A stretch of DNA of 64,000 bases from an uncultured Chloroflexia bacterium (GCA_963711105.1 CAVQCV010000005.1:262415-326414); one strand, 5' to 3'. Shown: positions 11,382 through 20,927, counted from the first letter of the stretch. Translations and numbers: made by a program. Notes: generated by a model not told the origin, from the sequence alone.

Positions 11382-12647
11382 GTGGACCCTCTCGTACTTG
11401 TAATCGTCGCGGTGCTGGCGACCCTGCTCGGATGGGCCCTGGCCGTGGCCGTCGCCAGAGGCCGCACTCTGGAGATGCTGGCCGACGCCGCCGGTGCCGG
11501 TGAGATCGATGACATCGAGCGCCTCGTCCGGTCGGCTCTCGAGTCGGCGGACGACTCGCGCTGGCTGGCCGACCAGGCAACCCAGGACGCCAGCTACCTG
11601 ACCGAGCTGCTCTCGACGGGCATCGTGCGCTTGCGCGACGACCTCAGCGTCGAGTTCGCGAACGGCGCAGCCCACGTGATGCTCGAGCGCCGCCCGGGGT
11701 CCATGGTCGGGCGGTCGGCGCTGGAAGCCTTCGTGGACACGCGCATCGAGGCCATCGCCCGGACCGCCATGGAGTTCGGTTCGGCCAACGGGGAGCTGGC
11801 GGTCAGGACCGCCGAGGGGCCGACGCTGACCGTTCGGGCTCGCCGCTCTCCGGTCTCGGGCGTCTGGCTCGTCCTCGAGGACGTCTCGGAGCTGCGGCGG
11901 CTGCAGCGGATCAGGACGGAGTTCATCGACAACCTGTCGCACGAACTACGGACGCCGCTCTCGACGATCAGCCTGCTGGCCGAAACCGCGGCCAAGGATG
12001 CCGAAAACGCGCCGCCACGGTTGCGCGATCGCATTTCCAAGATCGAGGTGGAGACCGGCCATCTGACCCAGATGGTCAACGAGCTGCTGGACCTCTCTCG
12101 CATCGAGAGCGGTACGACCCAGCTCCTGCTCGACGACGTGGAACTGGTCCGGGTCATCAGGTCCAGCGCCGAGCGGCTCCGTTTGTTCGCCGAGCGCCAG
12201 GGCCTCAACATCGTGTTCGACCTGCCCGACAGGCTGCCTCCGGTTCGTGGCGACGAAGATCGATTGGGCCAGGTGCTCATCAACCTGCTCCATAACGCGG
12301 TCAAGTTCAGCCCATCGGGTGGCGAGATCTGCGTCGGCGCGGTCGCGGAGGACGGCTGCGTCCGAGTCTGGGTGGCCGACCCGGGGGTCGGCGTGCCCGA
12401 GTCCGACCAGACCCGCATCTTCGAGCGCTTCTACAAAGTGGACCGGGCCAGGGTGCGGGGTCGGGGCGGCACGGGCCTTGGCCTTTCGATCGCCCGGCAC
12501 GTCGTCGAGTCGCACGGAGGCAGGATCTGGGTCGATTCGGAGGAGGGAGCCGGATCTACGTTCAGCTTCACGGTGCCGGCGGCGCCACCGGAGCCAACGC
12601 CCGGCCCCAAGCGACCTGGGGAGCAGGTCGAAACGCAGAGTCAGTAG
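11382..12647 (+). CDS. PhoR-like sensor histidine kinase (TM-PAS-HisKA-HATPase)
   Basis: SHELRTPL, NLLHNAVKF, IFERFYKVDRAR and GTGLGLSI. Confidence 0.92.
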   Translation: MDPLVLVIVAVLATLLGWALAVAVARGRTLEMLADAAGAGEIDDIERLVRSALESADDSRWLADQATQDASYLTELLSTGIVRLRDDLSVEFANGAAHVMLERRPGSMVGRSALEAFVDTRIEAIARTAMEFGSANGELAVRTAEGPTLTVRARRSPVSGVWLVLEDVSELRRLQRIRTEFIDNLSHELRTPLSTISLLAETAAKDAENAPPRLRDRISKIEVETGHLTQMVNELLDLSRIESGTTQLLLDDVELVRVIRSSAERLRLFAERQGLNIVFDLPDRLPPVRGDEDRLGQVLINLLHNAVKFSPSGGEICVGAVAEDGCVRVWVADPGVGVPESDQTRIFERFYKVDRARVRGRGGTGLGLSIARHVVESHGGRIWVDSEEGAGSTFSFTVPAAPPEPTPGPKRPGEQVETQSQ

Positions 12648-12678
12648 GCCTGGGAGGGCAGACCGAACGGCCCGGGGC

Positions 12679-13362
12679 CTAGGGGTTCAGGTCTTCGACC
12701 TCGCCGGTCGCCAGGAAGACGACTTCCTCAGCGATGTTGGTCACGCGGTCTCCGATCCGCTCGAGGTCCTTCGCCGCGAACAGGAGATGCGTCCCGCTTT
12801 CCACGAGCGACGGGTCGGTGCGCATCCGGTCCAGTACCCGCGCGAAGTAGGCGTGATAAAGCCGGTCGACCTCGTCGTCTCCGGCGGCCACTTCCCGCGC
12901 CGCCTTCTGGTCGAGATCGGCCAGGGCGCGGAGGACGTTGTGGAGCAGCCCGCTCACGAGGTGGCCCATTCGAACGAGGTCCGAACCGCCCATGGTGTCG
13001 GCAAGGCCGAGCTTTATGGCGCGCCGGGCCACGCCGGCGGCATGGTCTCCAATTCTCTCGAGCTCGTAAGCCGCATGACCCAGGGCGAGGAGCATCCGGA
13101 GATCCCGCGCGACCGGCGCTTGAGTCGCAATCGTGGTCGTGATCATGGCGCTCAGCTCCTGCTGGGCGTCGTTGACCTTGCCGTCTGCGTCGACGAGGGC
13201 GCGTGCGGTCGCGACATCATGGCTCTGCAGCGAGGCAACCGCCTGGTCTATGGCCTCGGCTACGATCGAGCCCATCCGGACCACGCCCTCTTTGACCGCC
13301 TGCAGCTCACGGTCGAAGACCTCGCGGTGAAGGTGGGGACTGAACCCTTCGACGCTGGTCAC
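12679..13362 (-). CDS. phoU: PhoU (copy 2)
   Basis: Same motifs as copy 1; shares the C-terminus VVFLATGEVEDLNP. Confidence 0.92.
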   Translation of the reverse strand: MTSVEGFSPHLHREVFDRELQAVKEGVVRMGSIVAEAIDQAVASLQSHDVATARALVDADGKVNDAQQELSAMITTTIATQAPVARDLRMLLALGHAAYELERIGDHAAGVARRAIKLGLADTMGGSDLVRMGHLVSGLLHNVLRALADLDQKAAREVAAGDDEVDRLYHAYFARVLDRMRTDPSLVESGTHLLFAAKDLERIGDRVTNIAEEVVFLATGEVEDLNP

Positions 13363-13485
13363 GGACTCACCATCTTCGACGTCTGTTGCCGCTCCGCCCC
13401 GGCACCCTCTGCGGGGCAGGTTTGGGCGCTCGAGGCGGGACGTTTGGCCGCCGTTGGTGTCGCCAAGGATAGTCCCGGCGCAAAG

Positions 13486-13713
13486 TCAGTGGTTGCCGCC
13501 GTGGTTGCCGCCGGAGTGGGGGAGGTCGACTTCGGTAGCCCCGATCAGCGACAGAATCGCCCCGACAGGGAGGTTCGTCCGTCGCGAGATCACGGCCGCG
13601 ACCCGTCGAGGGTCGTATCGCAGGCGGGCGGAATGCGGGTGTCCGAGACGGGGCCAGAGGGCCAGGGCGCGGGCGTAGTAGTCGGGTGCTGTGCTCGGTG
13701 CCAGTTCAGCCAT
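13486..13713 (-). CDS. Small hypothetical protein (75 aa)
   Basis: ATG overlaps the end of the upstream ORF; plausible helical protein. Confidence 0.5.
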   Translation of the reverse strand: MAELAPSTAPDYYARALALWPRLGHPHSARLRYDPRRVAAVISRRTNLPVGAILSLIGATEVDLPHSGGNHGGNH

Positions 13714-13975
13714 CCAGGAACTCCCATGTTTCGCCTCCTTCCGCGACCGGCGAGCCCTCGAGCTCCGCCCAGCGGAGCGCGTAGGCGAGTTCGAGGACAT
13801 CGGCTGCCGAGTCGATGTCGCAGGGGGAGGAAAGCCGACAAATCGACTCGCGTCGATACGAGTCCAGCAGGGCCAGCCGGCTGGGTATGGGGGCCAGCTG
13901 TGCCCTGACCAGGGCCACGCGGCCGGCCAGATCCAGCCGAGCCGGAGAAGCGACGTTGAGCGGGGACATCGGCAA
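13706..13975 (-). CDS. Small hypothetical protein (~88 aa)
   Basis: AAGGAG RBS before TTG/ATG; coupled to the next ORF. Confidence 0.5.
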   Translation of the reverse strand: MPMSPLNVASPARLDLAGRVALVRAQLAPIPSRLALLDSYRRESICRLSSPCDIDSAADVLELAYALRWAELEGSPVAEGGETWEFLDG

Positions 13976-14122
13976 TAGGTCTCCTTCGCGATCGGGGCGA
14001 TACCCGAGGTCCCGCACTGGGGCCGTCGGGGCGGGAGACCTGCTGGCAGACCGGGCAGTCAGTGGCGAAGAGGTCGGTGGAATCTACCAGCATCGACCGC
14101 ATGTTCGCGGCCGATGATCATC

Positions 14123-14144
14123 GGCAGTTGAACGGGGAGTTAAC
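14123..14144 (-). promoter_or_regulatory. Putative PHO box (two 11-bp repeats)
   Basis: Minus strand reads gttaactcccc / gttcaactgcc, resembling the pstS box. Confidence 0.55.
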
Positions 14145-14150
14145 GGGCGC

Positions 14151-14624
14151 TCACGCCTCGGGTTCGACAGGCTTGGGTGCGGCGGCCGGCTTCGCTGCAG
14201 GCTTGGGCGCCGCGGCCGACTTCGCGGCCGGTCTTGCGGCGGCAGGCTTCGCTGCAGGCTTGGGCGCCGCGGCCGACTTCGCGGCCGGTCTTGCGGCGGC
14301 AGGCTTCGCTGCAGGCTTGGGCGCCGCGGCCGACCTGGGTTCGGGGGCCGCTGCGGGTACGCTCGAGGCTGGCGACTCCTGCCGAGCGTCCTTCATGGTG
14401 CGCTTGCCCGCGGCCGGTAGGGCCGCCGTCACGGCGCGGGCTTCGTCGATCGAGGCCTGGAGTTGCTGCCGGCGCCAGCGGGCCTTCTCCAGCTTGCGGA
14501 CCCTTCTGGCTTCGGCTTTGGTGGCATCGGCGAGCTGCTGCTCCAGCCGGCGGAGGTATTTGCGGAGGCCCTTCTTCTCCTTGGCCGCCTTCTTCTCCTT
14601 TTTCGGATCGCCGCCGCTGGCCAT
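14151..14624 (-). CDS. Basic coiled-coil protein with a histone H1/AlgP-like KPAA-repeat tail
   Basis: Lys/Arg-rich coiled coil followed by (SAAAPKPAAKPAAARPAAK)n. Confidence 0.8.
   Translation of the reverse strand: MASGGDPKKEKKAAKEKKGLRKYLRRLEQQLADATKAEARRVRKLEKARWRRQQLQASIDEARAVTAALPAAGKRTMKDARQESPASSVPAAAPEPRSAAAPKPAAKPAAARPAAKSAAAPKPAAKPAAARPAAKSAAAPKPAAKPAAAPKPVEPEA
14188..14334 (-). repeat. 57-bp tandem repeat x2.6
   Basis: Exact unit ggcttcgctgcaggcttgggcgccgcggccgacttcgcggccggtcttgcggcggca. Confidence 0.95.
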
Positions 14625-14767
14625 TTGTGTCGCACCCCTTTTGGCATCAGGCCGCCGCTCGGGCCGGCGGCCACTACGGCGGAAAGAGTAGCGCCGGCAG
14701 GTGGGGCGTCAAGGCCGGGCGGGGGATTGCCCTCGCGGCCGGCAGGCGGAAGCGGCTGTCGCGACCG

Positions 14768-15262
14768 CTACTCGCCGCCGGTCAGAAGGTCAGGCGTCAC
14801 GAGCCAGCGAAGGATCCCCGCGCCGGGACGGATCGGGCGATCCAGGTCGATTCGAACAAGCGCCCCCTTGCGCAGCGGCAGATCCTCGACCCCGACGAGG
14901 GTGGCCGCCAGCTCGCTGAAGTCCGGGTCGTGCCCGACCAGCAGCGGGCGGGCGGGATTGCCGCTCGCCGTGAGAAGCGTGGCCAGGGTCGACCAGTCGA
15001 GCGGTCCGGCCAGGACGTCGGACGTGGCGACGTCGAGCCCCAGCTCGGTCGCCACGAGCTGAGCCGTCTCGAGCGCCCGAAGCTTGGGCGACGTGACGAT
15101 GGCATTGGGCCGGGAGGATGCCTGGGCGAGCAGCCGTCCGATTCGCTGCGCCTGGAGTCGCCCTTTCTCGGACAGGGGCCGCGCGGAATCTGGTCCGCGC
15201 CATTTCATCGGGTCGCCGGCGTGGGCATGGCGGAGCAGGTGGAGCTGGATTTCATCGCTCAC
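14768..15262 (-). CDS. sixA: SixA-type phosphohistidine phosphatase
   Basis: LLRHAHA, D..RPLS..G, SPKLRALETA and VGHDP. Confidence 0.88.
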   Translation of the reverse strand: MSDEIQLHLLRHAHAGDPMKWRGPDSARPLSEKGRLQAQRIGRLLAQASSRPNAIVTSPKLRALETAQLVATELGLDVATSDVLAGPLDWSTLATLLTASGNPARPLLVGHDPDFSELAATLVGVEDLPLRKGALVRIDLDRPIRPGAGILRWLVTPDLLTGGE

Positions 15263-15272
15263 GGTCGTGGAC

Positions 15273-15638
15273 CTACGAGACCGGGCCGTCGTCGGCGTCC
15301 GCCGGCGGCGTGCCGCGGTAGGCGATCACCTCGACCTTCTCGAGGGTGATGAGCCCGTCGCCGACCATCTCGTCCAGGACCGGCAGAACCGCCCGGATTC
15401 GGGTCTCGTCGTCCACGACCTCGATCAGGACGGGCAGGTCCTGCGAGAGCCGCAGGATCCTGGTCGTGTGGAGATGGGACTTGGCCCCGAAACCCTCGAT
15501 GCCCCGCAGAACTGTTGCCCCGGCGACGTGCCGTTCGCGCAGCATCTCGACTATGGCCTGGTATAGCGGCCGGCCGTGCCAGTGGTCGCTTTCGCCGATG
15601 TAGATGCGGACCAGGAGCCCGGTCCCCTGGAGTCTCAT
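15273..15638 (-). CDS. DUF190 (PII-like fold) protein
   Basis: RIYIGESD, GATVLRGIEGFG and LS.DLPV. ATGA-coupled to crcB. Confidence 0.92.
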   Translation of the reverse strand: MRLQGTGLLVRIYIGESDHWHGRPLYQAIVEMLRERHVAGATVLRGIEGFGAKSHLHTTRILRLSQDLPVLIEVVDDETRIRAVLPVLDEMVGDGLITLEKVEVIAYRGTPPADADDGPVS

Positions 15639-16012
15639 GCCAGAGCCCTCCCGAGTGTCAGCCCGCCGAAGACGGCCGCCAGACCGAGGATCGACGACAG
15701 GGCGATGTTGATAAATGCGAGCCAGAGACTGCCGTCTTCGGCCAGGCGCCACGACTCCAGCATCAGCGTCGAAAACGTCGTGTAGGCACCCAGAAATCCG
15801 ATCATGACCGGGCCCCTGATGCGCGGGTCGATCGCCGCTTTCTCGAGCGTCAGCGCATACAGGAACCCCAGGACGAAGGCGCCGCTGAGGTTGACGACGA
15901 ACGTGCCGGCCGGAAAGGCGCCGAAACGGGTCGAGGCGCTGATCCAGCCGTCTACGGCGTAGCGGGCGATCGCGCCGAAGAAGCCGCCCACGCCGATGAG
16001 GATGTAGTCCAT
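15635..16012 (-). CDS. crcB: Fluoride efflux channel FluC/CrcB
   Basis: GGFFGAIARY, FPAGTFVVNLSG and GFLGAYTTFST. Confidence 0.95.
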   Translation of the reverse strand: MDYILIGVGGFFGAIARYAVDGWISASTRFGAFPAGTFVVNLSGAFVLGFLYALTLEKAAIDPRIRGPVMIGFLGAYTTFSTLMLESWRLAEDGSLWLAFINIALSSILGLAAVFGGLTLGRALA

Positions 16013-16069
16013 GCCATGAATCTACAGGCGCCGCGGTCTTGCGCGCTGGCGGCGCGGTGGGCGGGCGTC

Positions 16070-17869
16070 CTACAGTCTGGCTGTAGCCCGGCCCAGCGAC
16101 CGCCGGAAAGGTGCGCCGACCACCGCCCGCCAGACCGGACCGAGAGCTCGGCGCCGGCGCTCGACCTCCCGCTCGCGCAGGTGAAGGTAGGCGCCGATGG
16201 CATCTCGCTCGGCGCCGGTCAGTTCGCCGGCCCGGGCCACGAGAATGTCCCGGGCCAGCTTCGACGCGACGTCGGCGTCATGCAGGCAGCCCAGGAAGTC
16301 CTGCAGGCCGACGACCCTATCGGTCAGCCGCTCGGCTTCCGGGCCGAGCGTCTCGCCGAAGAACTCGAGGTCGTAGCGGAGCCACTTGGACGCGATGCGC
16401 AACTGGTGCAGCGTTTCGACGTCCGCCCAGGGCAGGACGAGTTCGTAGGCTCGCACGTCCTCGTAGGCGGCCCAGAGCTGCGAGGGCAGCCGGTCGCGCA
16501 CGCGGTGGGGCACGGTCGGGCTGCCGGCCGCCGCGGCCTCGTTGACACCCGCTTCGAGGAAGGCCTCCATCTCCCGCAGGAAATCGGCGTGGCGAGGCGA
16601 ATCCAGCTCGTCGAGCAGCTGCTGCCGGGCCGAGCGCCGCTGCCGGCTCCACAGGGAGTGGAGCGGATCGAGCCCGGATTGCTGCTCCGGATCAAGGCCG
16701 GCGCGATACAGCTCCAGCTCATCGATCAGGACGTCCAGGTCTCGAACGGCCCCGAGGCGGTCGGACAGGGTCCGAAGGCGGCGGCGAAGGCGGCGCGTCC
16801 GGGCGGGCTTGAAGGCGTCCTCGAAGACCTTCCAGGCGGCTCGCATCCGCCGGGCCGCCACGCGCATGTCATGCAGGTCCTCGGGATCGCCGCCGTTGCG
16901 GGCCCCCTTCTCCTTGGACCGGAGCCTGGCGAAGTGGTATGTCAGGACCTTGCGGGCGGCCTCGGGCAGGGTGTCGTCGGGCATCACGCCCAGGGTGCGA
17001 GGTCCGACGCGAACCTCCGTGTCGTTGCGAGCCGCGCCCGACAGGCGAGCGTCCGCATCGGCTGTCTCCGGGGCCGCCGTCTCGCCGGCGGTCTTGCGAC
17101 CGGCCGCGTCGCCTGCGGCCGCTTCGGCCCCCGTCGCTCTCTCGGCTCGCCCGCCGCGGCGCCCGGGTCGGGCTCGTTCTGGGCCCAACTGCGCGGGCGC
17201 GTTCGACCAGCGAGCTCGGGCTTCATCGCTCATCTCCGGCAGGGCGGCCCGGACGAGCCGGACGGCCCGTTCGAATTTGGAGCGCTTGAGGGCCCGCAGC
17301 CCGGCGTCGCGTTCGAACACCTCGACCAGGTCCGCCAGCGGCTCCTCCGGCCCGCCGGCCAGTTCGGCCTCGAGCTCCTCGAAACGGTCGAGGGTGTGGC
17401 TCCAGGCCCTGACTTCAACCCTGTCCACGCTCAGGTCTACCTTCGTGGCGCCGCACTGGAGACGGCGAACGCGCCGCACCTGGGCAATCGTGAGCAGCTC
17501 ATGGAGAGGCTCATCCCCACACAGTTCGAGAATCACCGAGCGGGCGGGCGAGGATGGCCACTGGGCCGGCGGCGTGGTGTCGTCGGCCGGGCCGGACAAC
17601 TCCTCGCGCCTGTGCAGCCGGCCCTCGGGCGTGGTCTGGCGCTTCAACTCGATGGCCAGGCCGCGGCTGGTTCGGCGCAGCCTGGCGGCGAAGCCGGCGC
17701 GGACCAGCGCCCAATCCGCGGTGTCGACGTAGCGGTCCTCGACATGGGTGGAGCGAACCGGTCCGGCGGGCGTGAACGGGCCCAGTTCGGGGGCGACCAG
17801 GTATCTGTCCCCTCCGCCATACGATCGAATCTGGTATTTGGCCTCGACTTCCATAGGGCCGTGGGCCAT
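16070..17869 (-). CDS. CYTH-CHAD fusion protein (triphosphate tunnel metalloenzyme plus polyP-binding CHAD)
   Basis: N-terminal EVEAK, YVDT and ELEAEL; C-terminal LHDMRVAARRMR, LGAVRDLDV, LHQLRIASKWLRY and QDFLGCLHD. Confidence 0.9.
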   Translation of the reverse strand: MAHGPMEVEAKYQIRSYGGGDRYLVAPELGPFTPAGPVRSTHVEDRYVDTADWALVRAGFAARLRRTSRGLAIELKRQTTPEGRLHRREELSGPADDTTPPAQWPSSPARSVILELCGDEPLHELLTIAQVRRVRRLQCGATKVDLSVDRVEVRAWSHTLDRFEELEAELAGGPEEPLADLVEVFERDAGLRALKRSKFERAVRLVRAALPEMSDEARARWSNAPAQLGPERARPGRRGGRAERATGAEAAAGDAAGRKTAGETAAPETADADARLSGAARNDTEVRVGPRTLGVMPDDTLPEAARKVLTYHFARLRSKEKGARNGGDPEDLHDMRVAARRMRAAWKVFEDAFKPARTRRLRRRLRTLSDRLGAVRDLDVLIDELELYRAGLDPEQQSGLDPLHSLWSRQRRSARQQLLDELDSPRHADFLREMEAFLEAGVNEAAAAGSPTVPHRVRDRLPSQLWAAYEDVRAYELVLPWADVETLHQLRIASKWLRYDLEFFGETLGPEAERLTDRVVGLQDFLGCLHDADVASKLARDILVARAGELTGAERDAIGAYLHLREREVERRRRALGPVWRAVVGAPFRRSLGRATARL

Positions 17870-17893
17870 GACCGCGGGTCCCCCTTCTTCGAG

Positions 17894-20059
17894 TTAAGCC
17901 CTGGGATCGAGTGAACCGGTTCCGGCGTGCGGCCGCCTTGGCTCCGACGTTTCGGCCAGAACGGAGGCCATCGCGCGAGCCTTGAGGATTTCGAACGTGT
18001 CGATCGTGCCCGGCACTCCGTTGAGATCCTCGGTCCGATGATATGTCCCGTCGGGCTGCATCTGCCAGGAGTGTCTGTCATCCGAGAGCATGACTTCGAG
18101 AACGGACTGGATCCGTTGCTGCGCCTCGAGGTCCTCGATCGGGGCGATAGCCTCGACCCGCCGGTCCAGGTTGCGCTCCATCAGGTCCGCCGAGCCGATG
18201 AACCATTCGGGCCGTCCGCCGTTCTCGAACTGGAAGACGCGGGAGTGCTCGAGATACTGGCCGACGATCGAGCGGACCTGGATGCCCTCGCTCAGGCCCG
18301 GGATGTTGGGAACGAGCGAGCAGATGCCTCGAATGAGGAGATCGATGCGCACGCCCGCCCGAGCGGCCTTGTACAGCGCATCTATGCACTCCGGGTCTAC
18401 CAGTGAGTTCAATTTCAGGATCATCGAGGCCGGCCGTCCGGCATTGGCGTGGCCGACCTCACGCTCGATCATGCTCAGGACCCAGTGGCGCAGGTTCATC
18501 GGCGCCACGATCAGCCGTCGGAAATCGCGCTGGCGGGACAGGCCGGTCAGGACATTGAACAGGTCGCTCACGTCCGCGCCCAGCTCCGGGCGGCAGGTGA
18601 GCAACCCGATATCCGTGTACAGCCGGGCGGTACCAGGGTTGTAGTTGCCGGTACCGATGTGGACGTAGCGGCGCAGGACCGACCCTTCGCGCCGGACGAC
18701 CAGGGCGGTCTTGGAGTGGGTCTTGAGGCCGACGAGGCCGTAGACGACGTGGGCGCCTGCCCGCTCCAGCTTCTTGGCCCATTCGATGTTGGCCTGCTCG
18801 TCGAAACGCGCCTTCAGCTCGACCAGGACGACCACCTGCTTGCCGCGTTCGGCGGCGGCGATCAGGTCGCGAACGATAGGCGAGTCGCCGCTGGTCCGAT
18901 AGAGGGTCATCTTGATGGAAAGGACCTCGGGGTCCGTGGCGGCCTGGGCGATGAAGCGTTGGGTCGAGGCGGCGAAGCTCTCGTAAGGGTGGTGGACCAG
19001 CAGGTCGCCGGCTCGGATCGCCGCGAACACGTCCGCGGGCTCGTCCTCGTCGGGCGGAATGAGACGCGCTGGGGTCACGGGCGTGTACGGCGCCAGCTTG
19101 AGGTCCGGGCGGTCGAGGGAGGCCAGCTGCATGAGGCCGGTTTGGTCGAGCATGCCGCCGATCTCGTAGCACTCATCCGCTCCGACTCCGACGCCGCGCT
19201 GCAGGATCTGGCGCATCGAGGCCGGCATGCCACGGTCGACCTCGAGCCGCACCGCTTCTCCGAACCGTCGCCTGCTCAGCTCCTCCTCAATGGCCAACAG
19301 CAGGTCGTCGGCCTCGTCCTCCTCGAGTTCCAGGTCCGCGTTGCGGGTCACGCGGAAGAGGTGGGTCTCGCGAATCAGCATGCCCGAGAAGAGCATGTCC
19401 AGATTGGCGGCGACGACTTCCTCCAGGCGGACGAACTTGGCCGGCTCTACTTCGACCAGCCGCCCCAGAACCTCCGGGACCTTGACCCGGGCGAACAGCT
19501 CCTCTCCGTCCTCGGGGTCCTCGATACGGATCGCGAGAGACAGGCTCAGGCTGCTGATGTACGGGAAGGGGTGGCCCGGGTCGACGGCGAGCGGCGTCAG
19601 GACGGGGTAGATCTCGTCGATGAAGCGCTGGCGCAACGCCTCGTGGTGTTCAGGAATCTCGCCGTAGCCGACGATGTAGATGCCGTTGTCCGCCAGGGCC
19701 GAGCAGACGCACTCGAGCGCTTCCTCCTGCACGGCCAGCAGCTCCCGGGCGAGGCTCTGGATGGCTGCCAGCTGCTCCGTCGGCGGCCTGTCCCAGGGGT
19801 TGACTTCCACGGCCTTGGCTCGGGCCTGCTCCATCAGGCCGGAGACCCGGATCTGGAAGAACTCGTCCATGTTGCTGGCGAAGATCGACAGGAACTTGAC
19901 CCGCTCGAGAACCGGGTTGCGTTCGTCGAGGGCCTCGTTCAGGACGCGGCGGTTGAACTGCAGCGAACTCAGTTCCCGGTTTATGTACGGGAACTCAGAG
20001 CTCGGTTCTCTTGAAGCCGGCTCCGGTCGAGCGGCGTTGCGTCGAACGATCGATGTCAT
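17894..20059 (-). CDS. ppk1: Polyphosphate kinase 1
   Basis: INRELS, HHPYESF, ELKARFDE, KTHSK, HIGTGNYN and SADLMERNLDRRVE. Confidence 0.97.
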   Translation of the reverse strand: MTSIVRRNAARPEPASREPSSEFPYINRELSSLQFNRRVLNEALDERNPVLERVKFLSIFASNMDEFFQIRVSGLMEQARAKAVEVNPWDRPPTEQLAAIQSLARELLAVQEEALECVCSALADNGIYIVGYGEIPEHHEALRQRFIDEIYPVLTPLAVDPGHPFPYISSLSLSLAIRIEDPEDGEELFARVKVPEVLGRLVEVEPAKFVRLEEVVAANLDMLFSGMLIRETHLFRVTRNADLELEEDEADDLLLAIEEELSRRRFGEAVRLEVDRGMPASMRQILQRGVGVGADECYEIGGMLDQTGLMQLASLDRPDLKLAPYTPVTPARLIPPDEDEPADVFAAIRAGDLLVHHPYESFAASTQRFIAQAATDPEVLSIKMTLYRTSGDSPIVRDLIAAAERGKQVVVLVELKARFDEQANIEWAKKLERAGAHVVYGLVGLKTHSKTALVVRREGSVLRRYVHIGTGNYNPGTARLYTDIGLLTCRPELGADVSDLFNVLTGLSRQRDFRRLIVAPMNLRHWVLSMIEREVGHANAGRPASMILKLNSLVDPECIDALYKAARAGVRIDLLIRGICSLVPNIPGLSEGIQVRSIVGQYLEHSRVFQFENGGRPEWFIGSADLMERNLDRRVEAIAPIEDLEAQQRIQSVLEVMLSDDRHSWQMQPDGTYHRTEDLNGVPGTIDTFEILKARAMASVLAETSEPRRPHAGTGSLDPRA

Positions 20060-20227
20060 TCCACTCCGGGGAGATGCTCCCCTGCGCGTCTGGCTGCCCG
20101 AAGCTTAGCCCCGGGCGGGTGTTCGGCACATTCTCCGCCGCTGAGCGAGACGTGCAATAGGCCCCGTCCCGCATCTCGCCCGACGTTCCGCCGCCGAGGT
20201 TCGGCGCTTCCTGGGCCGCGTGGCCCG

Positions 20228-20572
20228 TCAGGCCTCGGCGCGGTAACGGCGTTCCCCGGTCCTGGGGTCGACGAAGACGCGCATCAGCCGGCCGCTCGTC
20301 GGGTCGACGAATAGCTCGGTCGTCGCGAGGAAGCGCGGCTCGAGCGGTCCATCTTCGCCCCCGCCTGGTCCGGCCCGATCGCTGCCCCGCTCCGCGGCCG
20401 CCGAACGGTACCGGGGCTTCTGCAGAACCGCGACGACCATGGCCACTGCGCCGAGGATGACAGCCTCGACCGCGGCGCCAGTCTCGCCCGCACTGGCAGC
20501 CACGAGCCCGCCCAGGATCATCAGCCCGCCGACGAAGAAAGCTGCCCATCGGATCCAGTTGTGCAACGTCAC
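20228..20572 (-). CDS. Small 2-TM hypothetical protein (paralogue A)
   Basis: Two hydrophobic segments, then F..T.ELF.DP.....RVF.DPRTGERRY. Confidence 0.75.
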   Translation of the reverse strand: MTLHNWIRWAAFFVGGLMILGGLVAASAGETGAAVEAVILGAVAMVVAVLQKPRYRSAAAERGSDRAGPGGGEDGPLEPRFLATTELFVDPTSGRLMRVFVDPRTGERRYRAEA

Positions 20573-20639
20573 TCCTCTGCGCCGGAGAGCACGGGCGCTG
20601 TCGCCGCCGTGGCGGATCCCAACGTCCGGCGACCCCGGC

Positions 20640-20927
20640 TCAGTCTTCCGAGCGGTAGCGCCGCTCGCCGGTCCGCGGGTCCGTGAAGACGCGCGTGACC
20701 CTTTGGGTGGTCGGATCTCGGAACAGCTCCGCCGTGGCCTGGAATCGGTCGTCGGGCTTCGCCAGTGCCCGTCGGGCTCGCGCCCCGGCCATGACCCCGA
20801 CGGTCGTCAGGGCCAGGATAACCAGCACGACAACCAGCAACGCGCCGGCGACGCCGAAGACCTGGACGCCCAGGATGAGCGCCAGCCCCGCGATGGCCCA
20901 AGCGATCCACGTATAGACGTCAGGCAT
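20640..20927 (-). CDS. Small 2-TM hypothetical protein (paralogue B)
   Basis: Same C-terminal motif as 20228-20572. Confidence 0.75.
   Translation of the reverse strand: MPDVYTWIAWAIAGLALILGVQVFGVAGALLVVVLVILALTTVGVMAGARARRALAKPDDRFQATAELFRDPTTQRVTRVFTDPRTGERRYRSED

Noticed and set aside
14188-14334. 57-bp repeat as a CRISPR or mobile element
   Set aside because: Head-to-tail coding repeat of 19 aa; no spacers or cas genes.
16013-16069. Fluoride riboswitch upstream of crcB
   Set aside because: Gap is short and lacks the GGnGATGG...TGA..CCTAC consensus.
20100-20112. gaagcttagccc shared with ~56454-56465 as a dispersed repeat
   Set aside because: Best explained as a minus-strand -10 element (GGCTAAGCT) of ppk1 and cofD.
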